A stretch of 64,000 bases of DNA. It comes from Bugula neritina. Its lineage: Eukaryota > Animalia > Bryozoa. Position numbers and translations under genes: made by a program. Below are positions 12,601-24,465 of the stretch, piece after piece. The stretch covers positions 197,680-261,679 of the forward strand of contig OZ037767.1 in NCBI GenBank assembly GCA_964035545.1, read 5' to 3'. A model generated the notes under the pieces. It ran no database searches. It saw only the letters and a list, made by a program, of their open reading frames with translations, and had not been told where the DNA came from. Position 1 is the first letter of the stretch, and every line of letters begins with the position of its first letter.

Positions 12601-14702
12601 GTTGAGGTAGTATATATCTGATGATAGACCTGTTGAGGTAGGATATATCTGATGGTAGACATTTTGAGGTAGTATATATCTGATGAAAGACATGTTGAGG
12701 TAGTGTATATCTGATGAAAGACCTGTTGAGGTAGGATATATCTGATGATAGACCTGTTGAGGTAGTATATATCTGATGAAAGACATGTTGAAGTGGTAAA
12801 CTCAACACTTACTTGTGTTTATTACCAAACTTCACCAAGTCTTCAATATCTAGAATATTGGAGCTTGCATCCTCGGGATTGTGAAATGCCTTTAAATCTT
12901 TCTTCTCTACAAAAGAAGGTAATATATGATGACAGCTTCACGGCAACATGGCTGCATCTAATACCAGCATGTGAGGACATCTTCAGTCAGTGTAAATTGT
13001 GAACTTAGTGAATGACCCACTTTCGACATTATTATAGAAATGGCAGGTCCTGGTCTGCTTCTTGATCCGACAGGAAGCTTGTTTCACCTGATTACTCGTC
13101 TCCTTGGAAACCACAGGATGTACACACAGCTGATCTCTGGATGCTATGATAGCACTACGAAATCTAGACAGAAAAATACATCATTACCTGTGATATGACA
13201 CAGTACTTACCTGTGATATGATACAGTACTTACCTGTGATATGATACAGTATTTACCTGTGATATGATACAGTATTTACCTGTGATATGATACTGTACTT
13301 ACCTGTGATATGATACAGTATTTACTTGTGATATGATACAGTATTTACCTGTGATATGATACAGTACTTACCTGTGATATGATACAGTATTTACCTGTGA
13401 TATGAAACAGTACTTACCTGTGATATGATACAATACTTACCTGTGATATGATACAGTATTTACCTGTGATATGATACAGTACTTACCTATACTGTAATAC
13501 AGTACCCAGTACCTACTACTTACCTGCAGTAAGCTGTACGCTTGAGCTCCTTCATAACCTGAGACAGCTGGCTGTGGGTTCTGGAGGCGTAGATCACCCG
13601 AACTCTGGAGTTGCCAAACCCTGTAAGTAGGAGAGCCATTCGTGTCATCAGTTAGAGATCAGTTTGTAAAACATACCCTACCTAGTGAACTGACAAAGCT
13701 CCGCCTACCCACTCCAGTGAACTGACAAAGCTCCGCCTACCCATTCCAGTGAACTGACTAAGCTCCGCCTACTCACTCCAGTGAACTGACTAAGCTCCGC
13801 CTACCCACTCCAGTGAACTGACTAAGCTCCGCCTACCCACTCCAGTGAACTGACTAAGCTCCGCCTACCCACTCCAGAAATTTACAAAGCTCCGCCTACC
13901 CACTCCAGTGAACTGACAAAGCTCCGCCTACTCACTCCAGTGAACTGACTAAGCTCCGCCTACCCACTCCAGTGAACTGACTAAGCTCCGCCTACCCACT
14001 CCAGTGAACTGACTAAGCTCCGCCTACCCACTCCAGAAATTTACAAAGCTCCGCCTACCCACCCCAGTGAACTGACTAAGCTCCGCCTACTCACTCCAGT
14101 GAACTGACTAAGCTCCGCCTACCCACTCCAGTGAACTGACTAAGCTCCACCTACCTGAAGGAAGTTGACAAAGCTCCACCTACCTGGAGGAAGTTGACAA
14201 AGCTCCACCTACCTGGAGGAAGTTGACAAAGCACCACCTACCTGGAGGGAGTTGACAAAGCACCACCTACCTGAAGGAAGTTGACAAAGCTCCACCTACC
14301 TGGAGGAAGTTGATCAGAAACATCTCCTCTCTTCAGTTGCTCCTCCAACAGCTGTGACTGCTGACTTGAAGAGAGACATTGAGCTCTGAGCATCTGCTGC
14401 TCCACCTGGTACCTCTCCAGCCAGGCTAGACTGGCACAGAGTAGACAGAGAGTCTTACCTGTACCTGTAGGGGACTCTAGCAGAGCGTTCTTATTCTACA
14501 AGTATATTATACTGAGTACTCAGTCTAACAGGAAACATCTACAACTCACTAATAAAGCTGTCTGTCAACTCATATTCTAAACATTCACAGATACGCTCAC
14601 CTCTTGCAGAGCCTGCACAACTTTAGACATAAAATCCCTTTGAGATTCATAAGGAGTGAAAGGGAAGTCAACGGCAACACCTCCAACGTCTATGAGCGGC
14701 AT
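3607..14702 (-). CDS. RTEL1: Regulator of telomere elongation helicase 1 (Fe-S DEAH helicase), ~23 exons
   Basis: N-terminus [18 protein letters not shown]; Walker [10 protein letters not shown]; [10 protein letters not shown]; Fe-S cysteines (SRDQLC..., CCPYF); IFDEAHNL; VSEGVDF; [23 protein letters not shown]. Two harmonin-like repeats lie near 4250-4970. The last exon (3607-3648, [13 protein letters not shown]) is inferred; an unspliced stop at 4032 is the alternative. Confidence 0.92.
3667..4029. repeat. 17-bp minisatellite (gtgacactagagaacat) in the last RTEL1 intron
   Basis: About 21 tandem copies are visible. Confidence 0.9.
4988..5616. repeat. 21-bp minisatellite (tatactgtagatatacactgt), RTEL1 intron
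   Basis: Tandem copies are visible. Confidence 0.92.
5836..6686. repeat. 17-bp minisatellite (gtatgtatcagtatatc) with a ~405-bp higher-order duplication, RTEL1 intron
   Basis: The same series of variant units starts at ~5851 and again at ~6256. Confidence 0.9.
7288..8048. repeat. 14-bp array (tgtgtatcttatag) followed by a GACA-based array, RTEL1 intron
   Basis: Two adjacent arrays, at 7288-7762 and 7778-8048. Confidence 0.9.
9829..10097. repeat. 16-bp acceptor-anchored minisatellite, RTEL1 intron
   Basis: Minus-strand unit gtatatgtctatgtag equals the exon start GTATATGTCTATG (VYVY) plus tag. The exon begins at 9842. Confidence 0.92.
10555..12792. repeat. Three unrelated intronic arrays in RTEL1
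   Basis: A 23/30-bp array at 10555-11216, a 16-bp array at 11651-12111 and a 31-bp array at 12328-12792, separated by exons. Confidence 0.9.
13183..13488. repeat. 23-bp GT...AG unit array, RTEL1 intron 3
   Basis: Minus-strand unit gtaagtactgtatcatatcacag, about 13 copies. Confidence 0.92.
13676..14313. repeat. Donor-anchored 29-bp array grading into a 32-bp array, RTEL1 intron 2
   Basis: Minus-strand unit tcaacttcctccag|gtaggtggagctttg is the exon end plus donor. Confidence 0.92.
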
Positions 14703-17397
14703 TTCGATTTCACAGTCTAAATCTCAGAGCAAAAACTTCCAACTCAAAATTTCTCACAATGCATAAAGAGGAAAACCATTTCAGTTATGGTTCCACTGTG
14801 TTACCGGTTTGTTATTATTTAATTCAAGACTAAGCTTCACTTGCAGTATGAGTTTGAGCATCACTATTGGTATAATACTTTGTCTAACCCCGCTCTAATA
14901 ACCAATATTAATATCAAAAACTAGTCACTGTTACTGCTAAGTGTTATGCTTGCATCTATTACTTGGGGCAACACAATAAATACCCATACAAAAACAATTG
15001 ATAAATTTAGATTAAAAATATTAAAATACTGTCACTATAATTATTCTTATTACTACCGACTAATTTTAGAAAAACCAAGAGTAACACTAAATAGCAGTAG
15101 TAGTAGCACTGTACTAGTAATAGACTAATAGTATAATATTTAATAAAATTATCAAGTTTCCTTTCTCACTTACTAGGACTAGGAGTATGACCATCATTAC
15201 CATTATGTCTAAATTGCCTATACGGTGAGGGAATTCGTGAGTGAGTGAGTGAGTAAGTGAGTGAGTGAGTATACACTATTACTATACTAATACTCGTTTA
15301 CTACGCATATCTAATAGTAATACTAACATCACATATATTGATATTACTATTTTGGAAAAAGCTATTAAATTTATTGTTTGTTTGATATTTCCATCAAAGA
15401 ACAAAAATTTAAACTTTAGGTTTAAGAAACAGTGACTATAACATTAACTATAGTCTATAAGTATAACATTACCTAATAACTCTAAGTATAACTATAACTT
15501 ATACTATGAGTATAACTATAAGAATAACTATAAGTATAAGTTACTCAGTTAGTAAAAGTAAAAAGTAAAACTAAAAGTAAAAGTAAATATTTTATTATTA
15601 TTTAATTTAAATTATAATAAAATGTAGTTATCATAACGAACAATAAAGTTGAAAAATACCAAACTAAATTACTAGAAAAGAAAAAGCAAAAATAATCAAC
15701 CAGAAAACCATTTTAGTGTGCATTCATGATAGCAGTCTAACAAAAAAATCATTAGATTTAGTGAATGGCTTTCTTTCATTAACAGCATTAGCACGCAGAA
15801 TAAGATTTTGTAACAGCGGGTTTTCAATGACTGTGGTTTTACCACTTTGTGGCCTGTTTTAAGGGTTTTAATTGGCCACTTTTTAATTATGCAGATGCAA
15901 ATTTTCAATAGCGTTAAAAATTACCTTACGGTGGGTGATCTAAGTTCGTCCCCACAACGTCACTAGAATCTCTGGCGCTAATTAGGCTACAGATTTAGAG
16001 CAAAACATGGCTCTGATTCGCAATTCAAAGTTGATTTGTTACTGGACAAATGGTCAAGCTTTGGTCTCAAAATATAATTTTGCCGTTAAAAGAGTGTTAG
16101 ATTGTAGCAGCTTAAGTATTTCACCTTATCATACACACCAATCAAGCACTATCAGCTTGAGAGAAAATGTCGACACACACACGAAAAAAAGTAAGAAATC
16201 GTCATCATGATCATGGATCATCTTCATGATCATCTTGATTATCAACTTCTAGTAAATCAATTTGACGATGACAATCACAATGCCCAATGGCAAGCTTAAA
16301 ACTTTTGGTAGTGCTTAGTATCAGTAATAGTGCTAGTAGTGCAACTGTAAGTAGTGGTAAATAGTTACTAGTCATTATCATTATCATTATGATCATGGTT
16401 ACTCATATTGTTAATCATTCAATTGATCAACTAGTACTATTACTGATTTACTCTATTAGTATTAGTATTACTATAACTATAAGTGTTGGTATTTTGATTT
16501 TATTAACTAAGAGTAAAACTTACTCTTAGACTAAGAATAATACTAATACTAATAGTAATAGTAATACTAATACTAATAGTAATAGTAATTTCCAATTACT
16601 ATTACTATTAGTATTACTATGAGTATGAGTGTAAGTACTATTATTAGCATTAGTGATTAGTCTATTACTCTTAGTATTGCTCAATCAGTTTGCTAATTTT
16701 ATTTCAGTTTAAAGGTGTACTACTATTGCTACTACTGCTGCTACTAGTACTGCACCTACTTGATCTTGATCTACTACTGCTAAATTTTTAGTATACTATT
16801 TATATTAATAATTACATTTAATAAATCTAAGAAAAGTCATAAGTGTGAATTACTTCAATATCAATAAGAATTGATTAAGCTTCAAGTTTAGGTTTGACAT
16901 GTATCATATAGTTATATGATGAGGATGGAATATTAATACCAATAGCTACAAATTGGTATGAGTATGACTATCAATATCAGTATCATTGTGACTATAGCTT
17001 ATGAGAAATTAAATTAAATAACTATTCATGTTAGCTATTACTCCTTTTAGTTATTTGTTATTAGAATATCTGTTTAATTGAAAGAATAGTTCTATAATTG
17101 CTCAGTAGCTATTTCGAAGTATGAGTTTTGGTCAGCACAAAACAGAGCCATGCCTCACGTCATCATCATGACTAATGCTTCTGTTTAGGTAAAAGAATTT
17201 GATATTACAACGAATAGAATGGTATAAGTTAGATATAATTCTAAAGTAGTTTTAGGTTGCTGTGGAAATTGATCTGTCAATCTAATTGGATTATCAGATT
17301 GAGTTTTAAAATTCTTAAGCAATGCCCATTGTATTTTTCTGGTATCTAGTGACAGAGTTGGTATTGCATGTTACTTAAATTTTCTTTATTCTTGTAG

Positions 17398-18570
17398 TTG
17401 TGAGAACAACAAATGCAGATGGTCTTTTAACTGTAAGTTTTCTCTGTCCTTATTTTATTTGGATAAAATGATGAATCAAATAGTTATTATCCTGACCCAG
17501 TTTAAGTAGTATCTGTGAGTTTTACTACTTCTTAGTTTTCAATATTTTGCAGTAGCTGATGTTTGTACTAAGAAGTTAGTTGAGTTTATAGCAACAGGAG
17601 TTATGTTCTTGTTAAGCTACTCTTTGAACCAAGTGTTGAGCCTTTTCCTGTTTTCCTATTCTAATGACTCGTTTGTCAACTTATAACTTGTAGATTGAAG
17701 GCAAGGATGTGCCCAACACACAGAAGGGTTTAGTTGTAGATAATGAGAAGGGAGCGTGCCCACTCTGTGCCTTAGACCTTGACATCAAGTATACAGTAAG
17801 TGAGCAACATAACATACATCTATCAGTTTATATATCTCTACACCTGCACTATTCAGTGTATAGCATATTCTCATAATCTCTCCGTTTCTCTTCTTAGGAT
17901 ATCCTCATAATCTCTCTGTTTCTCTTCTTAGGACATCCTCATAATCTCTCCGTTTCTCTTCTTAGGATGTCCTCATAATCTCTCAGTTTCTCTTCTTAGG
18001 ATATCCTCATAATCTCTCCGTTTCTCTTCTTAGGATATCCTCATAATCTCTCAGTTTCTCTTCTTAGGATATCTTCATAATCTCTCAGTTTCTCTTCTTA
18101 GGATATCCTCATAATCTCTCAGTTTCTCTTCTTAGCATATCCTCATAATCTCTCAGTTTCTCTTCTTAGGATATCCTCATAATCTCTCAGTTTCTCTTCT
18201 TAGGATATCCTCATAATCTCTCAGTTTCTCTTCTTAGGATATCCTCATAATCTCTCAGTTCCTCAGAAAAGATGGCCGTCTGTTGCCCCGCCGTGACACA
18301 GGACTCTGTGCTAAGCAGCAGAATAGAATGAGTAGACTGGTTCACATGGCACACAATTCAGGTACTTGTAAAGTGCTAGATAAATGTGTTCGGAGTTATT
18401 CCTCCCTTCTGTATATCTCCTGTCTCCTAACACAGTTTATATTTCCTGCTCCAGGTTTGCTGTCGAGCTTGCGTCCCCCTATGCGTGGCGGCCGACAGCG
18501 CCGGCCTGACAAAGAAAGCAACTTCTCGTTCAGAGGACTGAATAGATACTTTACTGAGAACTACTCGTAG
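17398..18570 (+). CDS. MRPS18A: Mitochondrial ribosomal protein S18A (mL66); 5' exon(s) unresolved, candidate ATG at 16007
   Basis: Exons 17398-17432, 17694-17795, 18238-18361 and 18455-18570 give TIEGK...CPLCALDLDIKYTDILIISQFLRKDGRLLPRRDTGLC...MAHNSGLL...LNRYFT, matching the MRPS18A pattern. Confidence 0.85.
17866..18260. repeat. 34-bp acceptor-anchored minisatellite, MRPS18A intron
   Basis: Unit tctcttcttag|gatatcctcataatctctcagtt gives 11 copies of the acceptor. Confidence 0.95.
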
Positions 18571-19536
18571 CAATTCACTGCCAGTTCTGTTTCATAATAC
18601 TGTACATCATGTTCACCTGTTCACCTGTTTACCTGTTCACCTGTTTACCTGTAAATTATTGTAAGCTCAAATAAAATCATTTGTTGCAGTGAAATCAGCT
18701 GCTAGTTTGAATGGAATCTGCTGCTTGTTGTGATAATAACAGTAAATCTTCACCTCATAATTCTGCAATACACTTCAGTTTAAGGCAGTCTGTGTTACCC
18801 TCCCCCCTCCCCAATGTCAAAGTTTAGCACCCCTGCAAACATGAAACATGAATCTACACTGAAGAAAAGGACAACTTACTCTTTGAGTTATATTTCTTTG
18901 CATTAAACTAAATAATATTTTCAGCATCGGTCTTGCACTCTGTAGGAGCAGACAACTTCTATTTTATTGAACTTTGCTACATGTAGTGTAACTTGTCAGA
19001 TTTTATGTTGACTATTTCCTCTGAAATTAGATGTTCCAAATCAATTATTCTGCATTCATAATTGAGTCCCACATGGTAACCAATACCCTCTAATCAATAA
19101 GCTCAGGAAACTTACTTTACTTCAATAATAATACATAGCAGGTAATCTGGTGCTCCAGGGTCTATATACTGATGAGTATCTAGAGAAGTTCTCTATTCAG
19201 TTGACCCATGAGCAGACCAACTCTCTAGCTAGCAGCTCTCTATTTTCTCTTCACTGTGCTTCTTGGTAAGTCTGTACACGTATTCTTTACCTGCAGCTAC
19301 ATGTATCTACCATTACGTTTTAGAAATAACAAATTATAAGTTTCTAAAGTCAGGTTGTTCTAGCAATAAGGAAGTACCCTGCTTAGGTTAAAAGTTAGAC
19401 AAGTTCGGAATGCTACATCATTGTTTACTGTATATTGTTTTATGCAAGACTTAGTGGAGAAAATTCTGTGGTTTCATAGTCACCTGTTTAGCTTGTTTAT
19501 TTTGTTAGTAGCTTCCATCAACTGAACATTGTCGTA

Positions 19537-22500
19537 ATGGCTCAAAGTGACAATGGGCCCCGAATTGCGGCAACAGAAGAAAATAAGAAGTCAACATGGG
19601 CGGAATTTACACAGGAAGTTACAATGCATGGTATCCGTTACGTACATCTAAGTAACTTACACCCTGTGACTAAGTAAGTATATCGCAATGCATGGTATAC
19701 ATGCATGCTAAGTAGGTGAATATTAGACATGTACATCTGACCAGCCTACATGCGAGTTGCTATGTAGCCGCATCACTCTCCAATGACATCACAGCGAGTG
19801 TGTGATGACATCACAGCGGGTGTGTGATGTCATCACAGCGAGTGTGTGATGACATCACAGGGAGTGTGTGATGACATCACAGCGAGTGTGTGATGACATC
19901 ACAGCGGGTGTGTGATGACATCACAGCGGGTGTGTGATGACATCACAGCGAGTGTGTGATGACATCACAGCGAGTGTGTGATGACATTACGGAGATCTCA
20001 CAGTTATGTTGAACACTGTTGTAGAATTATTTGGCTGGCAGCAATTCTCGGAATGGTCTCCTACGCCGTTTTTGCATCCTGGGACGTGATTGATGCTTAT
20101 AGTAGAATGACAACATTCGTGAAGTATAAGAATATCAAAGTTACGGAGCTGCAGGTCGTATTGAAACTCATTTCATGAGAGTATTTCTGTGTATTGTGAC
20201 TCAGTCTCCACTCTGGTCATGTAAGTTATGTTAGTAAGTTATGTTATGTGTTTCAGTTACCCACCGTGCTTCTCTGTAACAACAATGCCTTCTCCAGGAC
20301 ATCTGTGAGAGATGCTATAGTAAAGCACAAGTTCACTGGTTTAGACGTCTATCTGAAGAACCTGTTTAGTCAGGGACAGTCAGTTACCTTAGTGTAAGTC
20401 ACCTCAGTGTAAGTCACCTCAGTGTAAGTCACCTCAGTGTAAGTCACCTCAGTGTGAGTCACCTCAGTGTGAGTCACCTCAGTGTGAGTCACCTCAGTGT
20501 AAGTCACCTCAGTGTGAGTCACCTCAGTGTGAGTCACCTCAGTGTGAGTCACCTCAGTGTGAGTCACCTCAGTGTAAGTCACCTCAGTGTAAGTCACCTC
20601 AGTGTAAGTCACCTCAGGGTAAGTCACCTCAGTGTAAGTCACCTCAGTGTGAGTCACCTCAGTGTGAGTCACCTCAGTGTGAGTCACCTCAGTGTGAGTC
20701 ACCTCAGTGTGAGTCACCTCAGTGTAAGTCACCTCAGTGTGAGTCACCTCAGTGTAAGTCACCTCAGTGTGAGTCACCTCAGTGTGAGTCACCTCAGTGT
20801 GAGTCACCTCAGTGTGAGTCACCTCAGTGTAAGTCATAGCTGATTCTGTATCTGCACATACCAACTCTGTATCAGCAGATGACCCATTATCTCCTCTCCA
20901 CAGGAACTGGAGTGACCCAAAGTACCACAAGCTAAACTCTTTGTCCAGTCAGCAACTGGAACAGCTGATGTTTGACCTTTCACCTCCCGATATTTTCCTC
21001 TATGCCTCGTTTAAGTTTCAGCCAGTTTACGACTATCAGGCGACGAAGTATTTCACTAGAGTTATGACAGACATTGGTGAGACTTCTTTGCTACAGTGTA
21101 TATCATATACTGTATTACAGTGTATATTATATACTGTATTACAGTGTATATTATATACTGTATTACATTGTATATTATACTGTATTACAGTGTATATTAT
21201 ACTGTATTACATTGTATATTATATACTGTATTACAGTGTATATTATATACTGTATTACAGTGTATATTATACTGTATTACAGTGTATACTATACTGTATT
21301 ACAGTGTATATTATACTGTATTACAGTATATATTATACATGATGTACTTAGTACTACTGATTGTTAGGCGTCTGTCACCAGTTCAATGCAGACGGTAAGT
21401 ATACGGCTCATTCTACCGGCAAACACGACCAGCTGGACTTGATTCTCACAGCCGGTGTGGACGCCTACTATGTCGGCCCCAACGCTATGTCAGATGGTTT
21501 CACGGTGGGTTCACAGTCTAATACGTATCTATAGATAGTCATATACAAGTATATATTATATATAATACGTATCTATAGATAGTCATATACTAGTATATAT
21601 TATATATAATACGTATCTATAGATAGTCATATACAAATATATATTATATATAATACGTATCTATAGATAGTCATATACAAGTATATATTATATATAATAC
21701 TTATCTATAGATAGTCATATACAAGTATATATTATATATAATACGTATCTATAGATAGCCATATACAAACCTGGAGAGGTGCCAGTTATAGATAAAGATG
21801 CTACCATAGGAGTCACTCCGGGAACAAGTACCAGGATATCCATGAGTTTGCAGCAGGTAACCTATATACCTACTATATACTTACTATATAATTACTATAT
21901 ACTTACTATATACTTACTACTTACTCTACTTACTACTTATTGAGTACATTAACCAGTTAGTTACACTAGTCTAAGTCTCAGTTTTGTCTCCCCAGAATCG
22001 AGGGACCACAGTTCTGGACGGCAGAAGGAAAGTCAAAAGATGCTTTGATATCTGACCAGTCATAACTTCTGTACTATTTGTTGATACTGCCCTTTGACTG
22101 GCTGTTGTAGATACAAAGGCAGCCGCCCCCTGCTGACAACAACACTGCTGACTGTTTTGATACTGAGACTAAACCCAACCCCCTCAGCTTCTACCCAGAG
22201 TACTCTTACAATGCCTGCGTGAGAGAGTGTCAGGCCAACTACTCCATTGAGAAGTGTGGCTGTCGTCACATATTTCATCCAGGTATTGCATCATATTTCA
22301 TCCAGGTATTACATCATATTTCATCCAGGTATTACATCATATTTCATCTAGGTATTGCATCATATTTCATCTAGGTATTGCATCATATTTCATCCAGATA
22401 TTGCATCATATTTCATCTAGGTATTGCATCATATTTCATCCAGGTATTACATCATATTTCATCCAGGTATTACATCATATTTCATCCAGGTATTACATCA

Positions 22501-23788
22501 TATTTCATCCAGGTATTACATCATATTTCATCCAGGTATTACATCATATTTCATCCAGGTATTACATCATAGCCATATGTCTGCCACTGTAGGTTATGTT
22601 TGTAGCTGTAGGAGGTGCAGAGATCTGTGATGCGCAGACACTGATGTCTTGCATCGTCTATTCCCCAGGTACGTGTGCATATAGTCGTCTATTCCCCAGG
22701 TACGTGTGCATATAGTCGTCTATTCCCCAGGTACGTGTGCATATAGTCGTCTATTCCCCAGGTACGTGTGCATATAGTCGTCTATTCCCCAGGTACGTGT
22801 GCATATAGTAGGTTAGACCTAATAATTACGAAATAATGGTAAGTAATATACTAAATAGTCCTAATGTATTTAGTCTTTCATTATATGACTATCAATATTC
22901 AGTAATATAATATCATTACAATTGTATATATTATATATCATAATCATATCTCCTATGATAGATGCAGACGGAGCTCATCAATACCTCCACGACGTCTGCA
23001 ATTGTAAGGAAACTTGTACTGAAACTTCCTACAACGTGCAGACAACTTCTTTCAATTTTCCTAATCGTCTGTACGCAGAGGATTTCTATGGAGATAGAAA
23101 TGGTACCCCTTCTATATTCTATAATATACTTACACGTTACTCTGTCTATATTCTATATTATGCTTATACGTTACTCTGTCTATATTCTATAATATGCTTA
23201 TATGTTACACTGTCTATATTCTATAATATGCTTATACGTTATACTGTCTATATTCTATAATATGCTTATACGTTACACTGTCTATATTCTATAATATGCT
23301 TATACGTTGCGTCGTCTATATTCTACTAAATTTTCATACATTTAAGTGTTTGTCTTATTCTAATATACTTTGGGTTGCAGTGACTTACGAATGGATAAAA
23401 TCCAATATTCTACGAGTTGAAATTAGTTACAAGTCACTCAGCATTGACTTCCATAAGGAACACTTTACCTACACTTGGAGAGACGTGATTGGTGGGTTGC
23501 TAGGCTATGATATGGCTATAATATTCATCTCATACTATCTTCTTGTATACAGGTAATATCATGCAGGTAAACGTTCACTGTACTCTGCACCTAGTATCTT
23601 GTGTGTTGATAGGAAACCTGGGAGGAACTTTGGGTCTGTGTATTGGAGCCAGTCTACTGACAATCTGTGAGTTTATACAGTTTGGAGTATTCAGTCTCAT
23701 CAGATGTATCAACAGGAAGAGAGAACAGGAGAGTAGAAAGAATGTAATACACGTACAGGTGGAACCTACCAAGGCTAGAGTCGGATAA
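19537..23788 (+). CDS. DEG/ENaC (ASIC-like) channel, paralog B; 11 coding exons, complete
   Basis: MAQSDNG...[14 protein letters not shown]; LPTVLLCNNN; TDIGVCHQFN; CNCKETCTETSY; TM2 [21 protein letters not shown] with the GAS filter. All junctions are GT-AG. A probable non-coding 5' exon has its donor at ~19265. Confidence 0.92.
19783..19987. repeat. 22-bp minisatellite with palindromic core tgtgatgacatcaca
   Basis: About 9 copies are visible. Confidence 0.9.
20383..20836. repeat. 15-bp donor-anchored array (gtRagtcacctcagt)
   Basis: About 30 copies starting at the donor at 20394. The unit resembles the exon end gttaccttagt plus gtaa. Confidence 0.95.
21518..21768. repeat. 44-bp acceptor-anchored array
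   Basis: The unit contains acgtatctatag|atagtcatatacaa. The real exon starts ATAGCCATATACAAA at 21755. Confidence 0.92.
22269..22808. repeat. Two donor-anchored arrays: 22-bp (catatttcatccag|gtatt) and 31-bp (tcgtctattccccag|gtacgtgtgcatatag)
   Basis: They lie at 22269-22570 and 22654-22808. Each unit is the exon end plus donor. Confidence 0.92.
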
Positions 23789-24465
23789 CAACTTATACTC
23801 AATCAACAGATTCATGCAGTGACAGTTTTAAATCACCATGACCTATTAGTAGATACAGGAGCATTAAGTGTATTTACTAAATTCAAAACTGTATAATGTA
23901 TTGTGATATTATCTATTTACATTGTAACAATACAATGTTTATTAACACTCTTTTCTAGCTATTCCATCAACATGTTCAGGATTATCCTAGAGTTAGACGA
24001 CTCTGAGTATGACAGAACAGTGTGCAGTATTGGTACTGCTTTCAATAGCAATGTGCTTGAGTTTTATTATACCTACTTATGAATATACTATTGCTATATT
24101 TGTTATTCTGTATTATATTTATTCTGTATTATATCTATTCCGTATTATATCTATTCCGTATTATATTACCAAGCAGATATACAAGAACAATATACATAAT
24201 GGTATACATTAGATATTAATAATACACTCTGAAGAGTTAAACAATTCATACAAATACTTACAACACTCCACTTTAACATACTTGTTAATCAATGCTGAAT
24301 ATAAATATGATAAACAATATTGGTTTGATGTCCAAAACTAGAGAGGCAGCATATTACACACACAATATGCAAATTTGGCAGCCCAGATATTGATCTGCTG
24401 TCCATTATCAGCTAACCAAATATTGGTGCTGGTACTTAGTCAGTGATGTATTGCCAATACGTCTG

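Noticed and set aside
13200-13450. tacttacctg matches the U1 snRNA 5' end
   Set aside because: It is just the reverse complement of cag|gtaagta, and no U1 body follows.
3607-14702. Idea that a defective RTEL1 explains the repeat expansions
   Set aside because: The helicase motifs, Fe-S cysteines and two harmonin-like repeats look intact. Co-location is not evidence of cause.
15205-15270. (GAGT)n tract with a short unique flank as a Helitron or SINE remnant
   Set aside because: No terminal hairpin, internal promoter boxes or second copy is visible.
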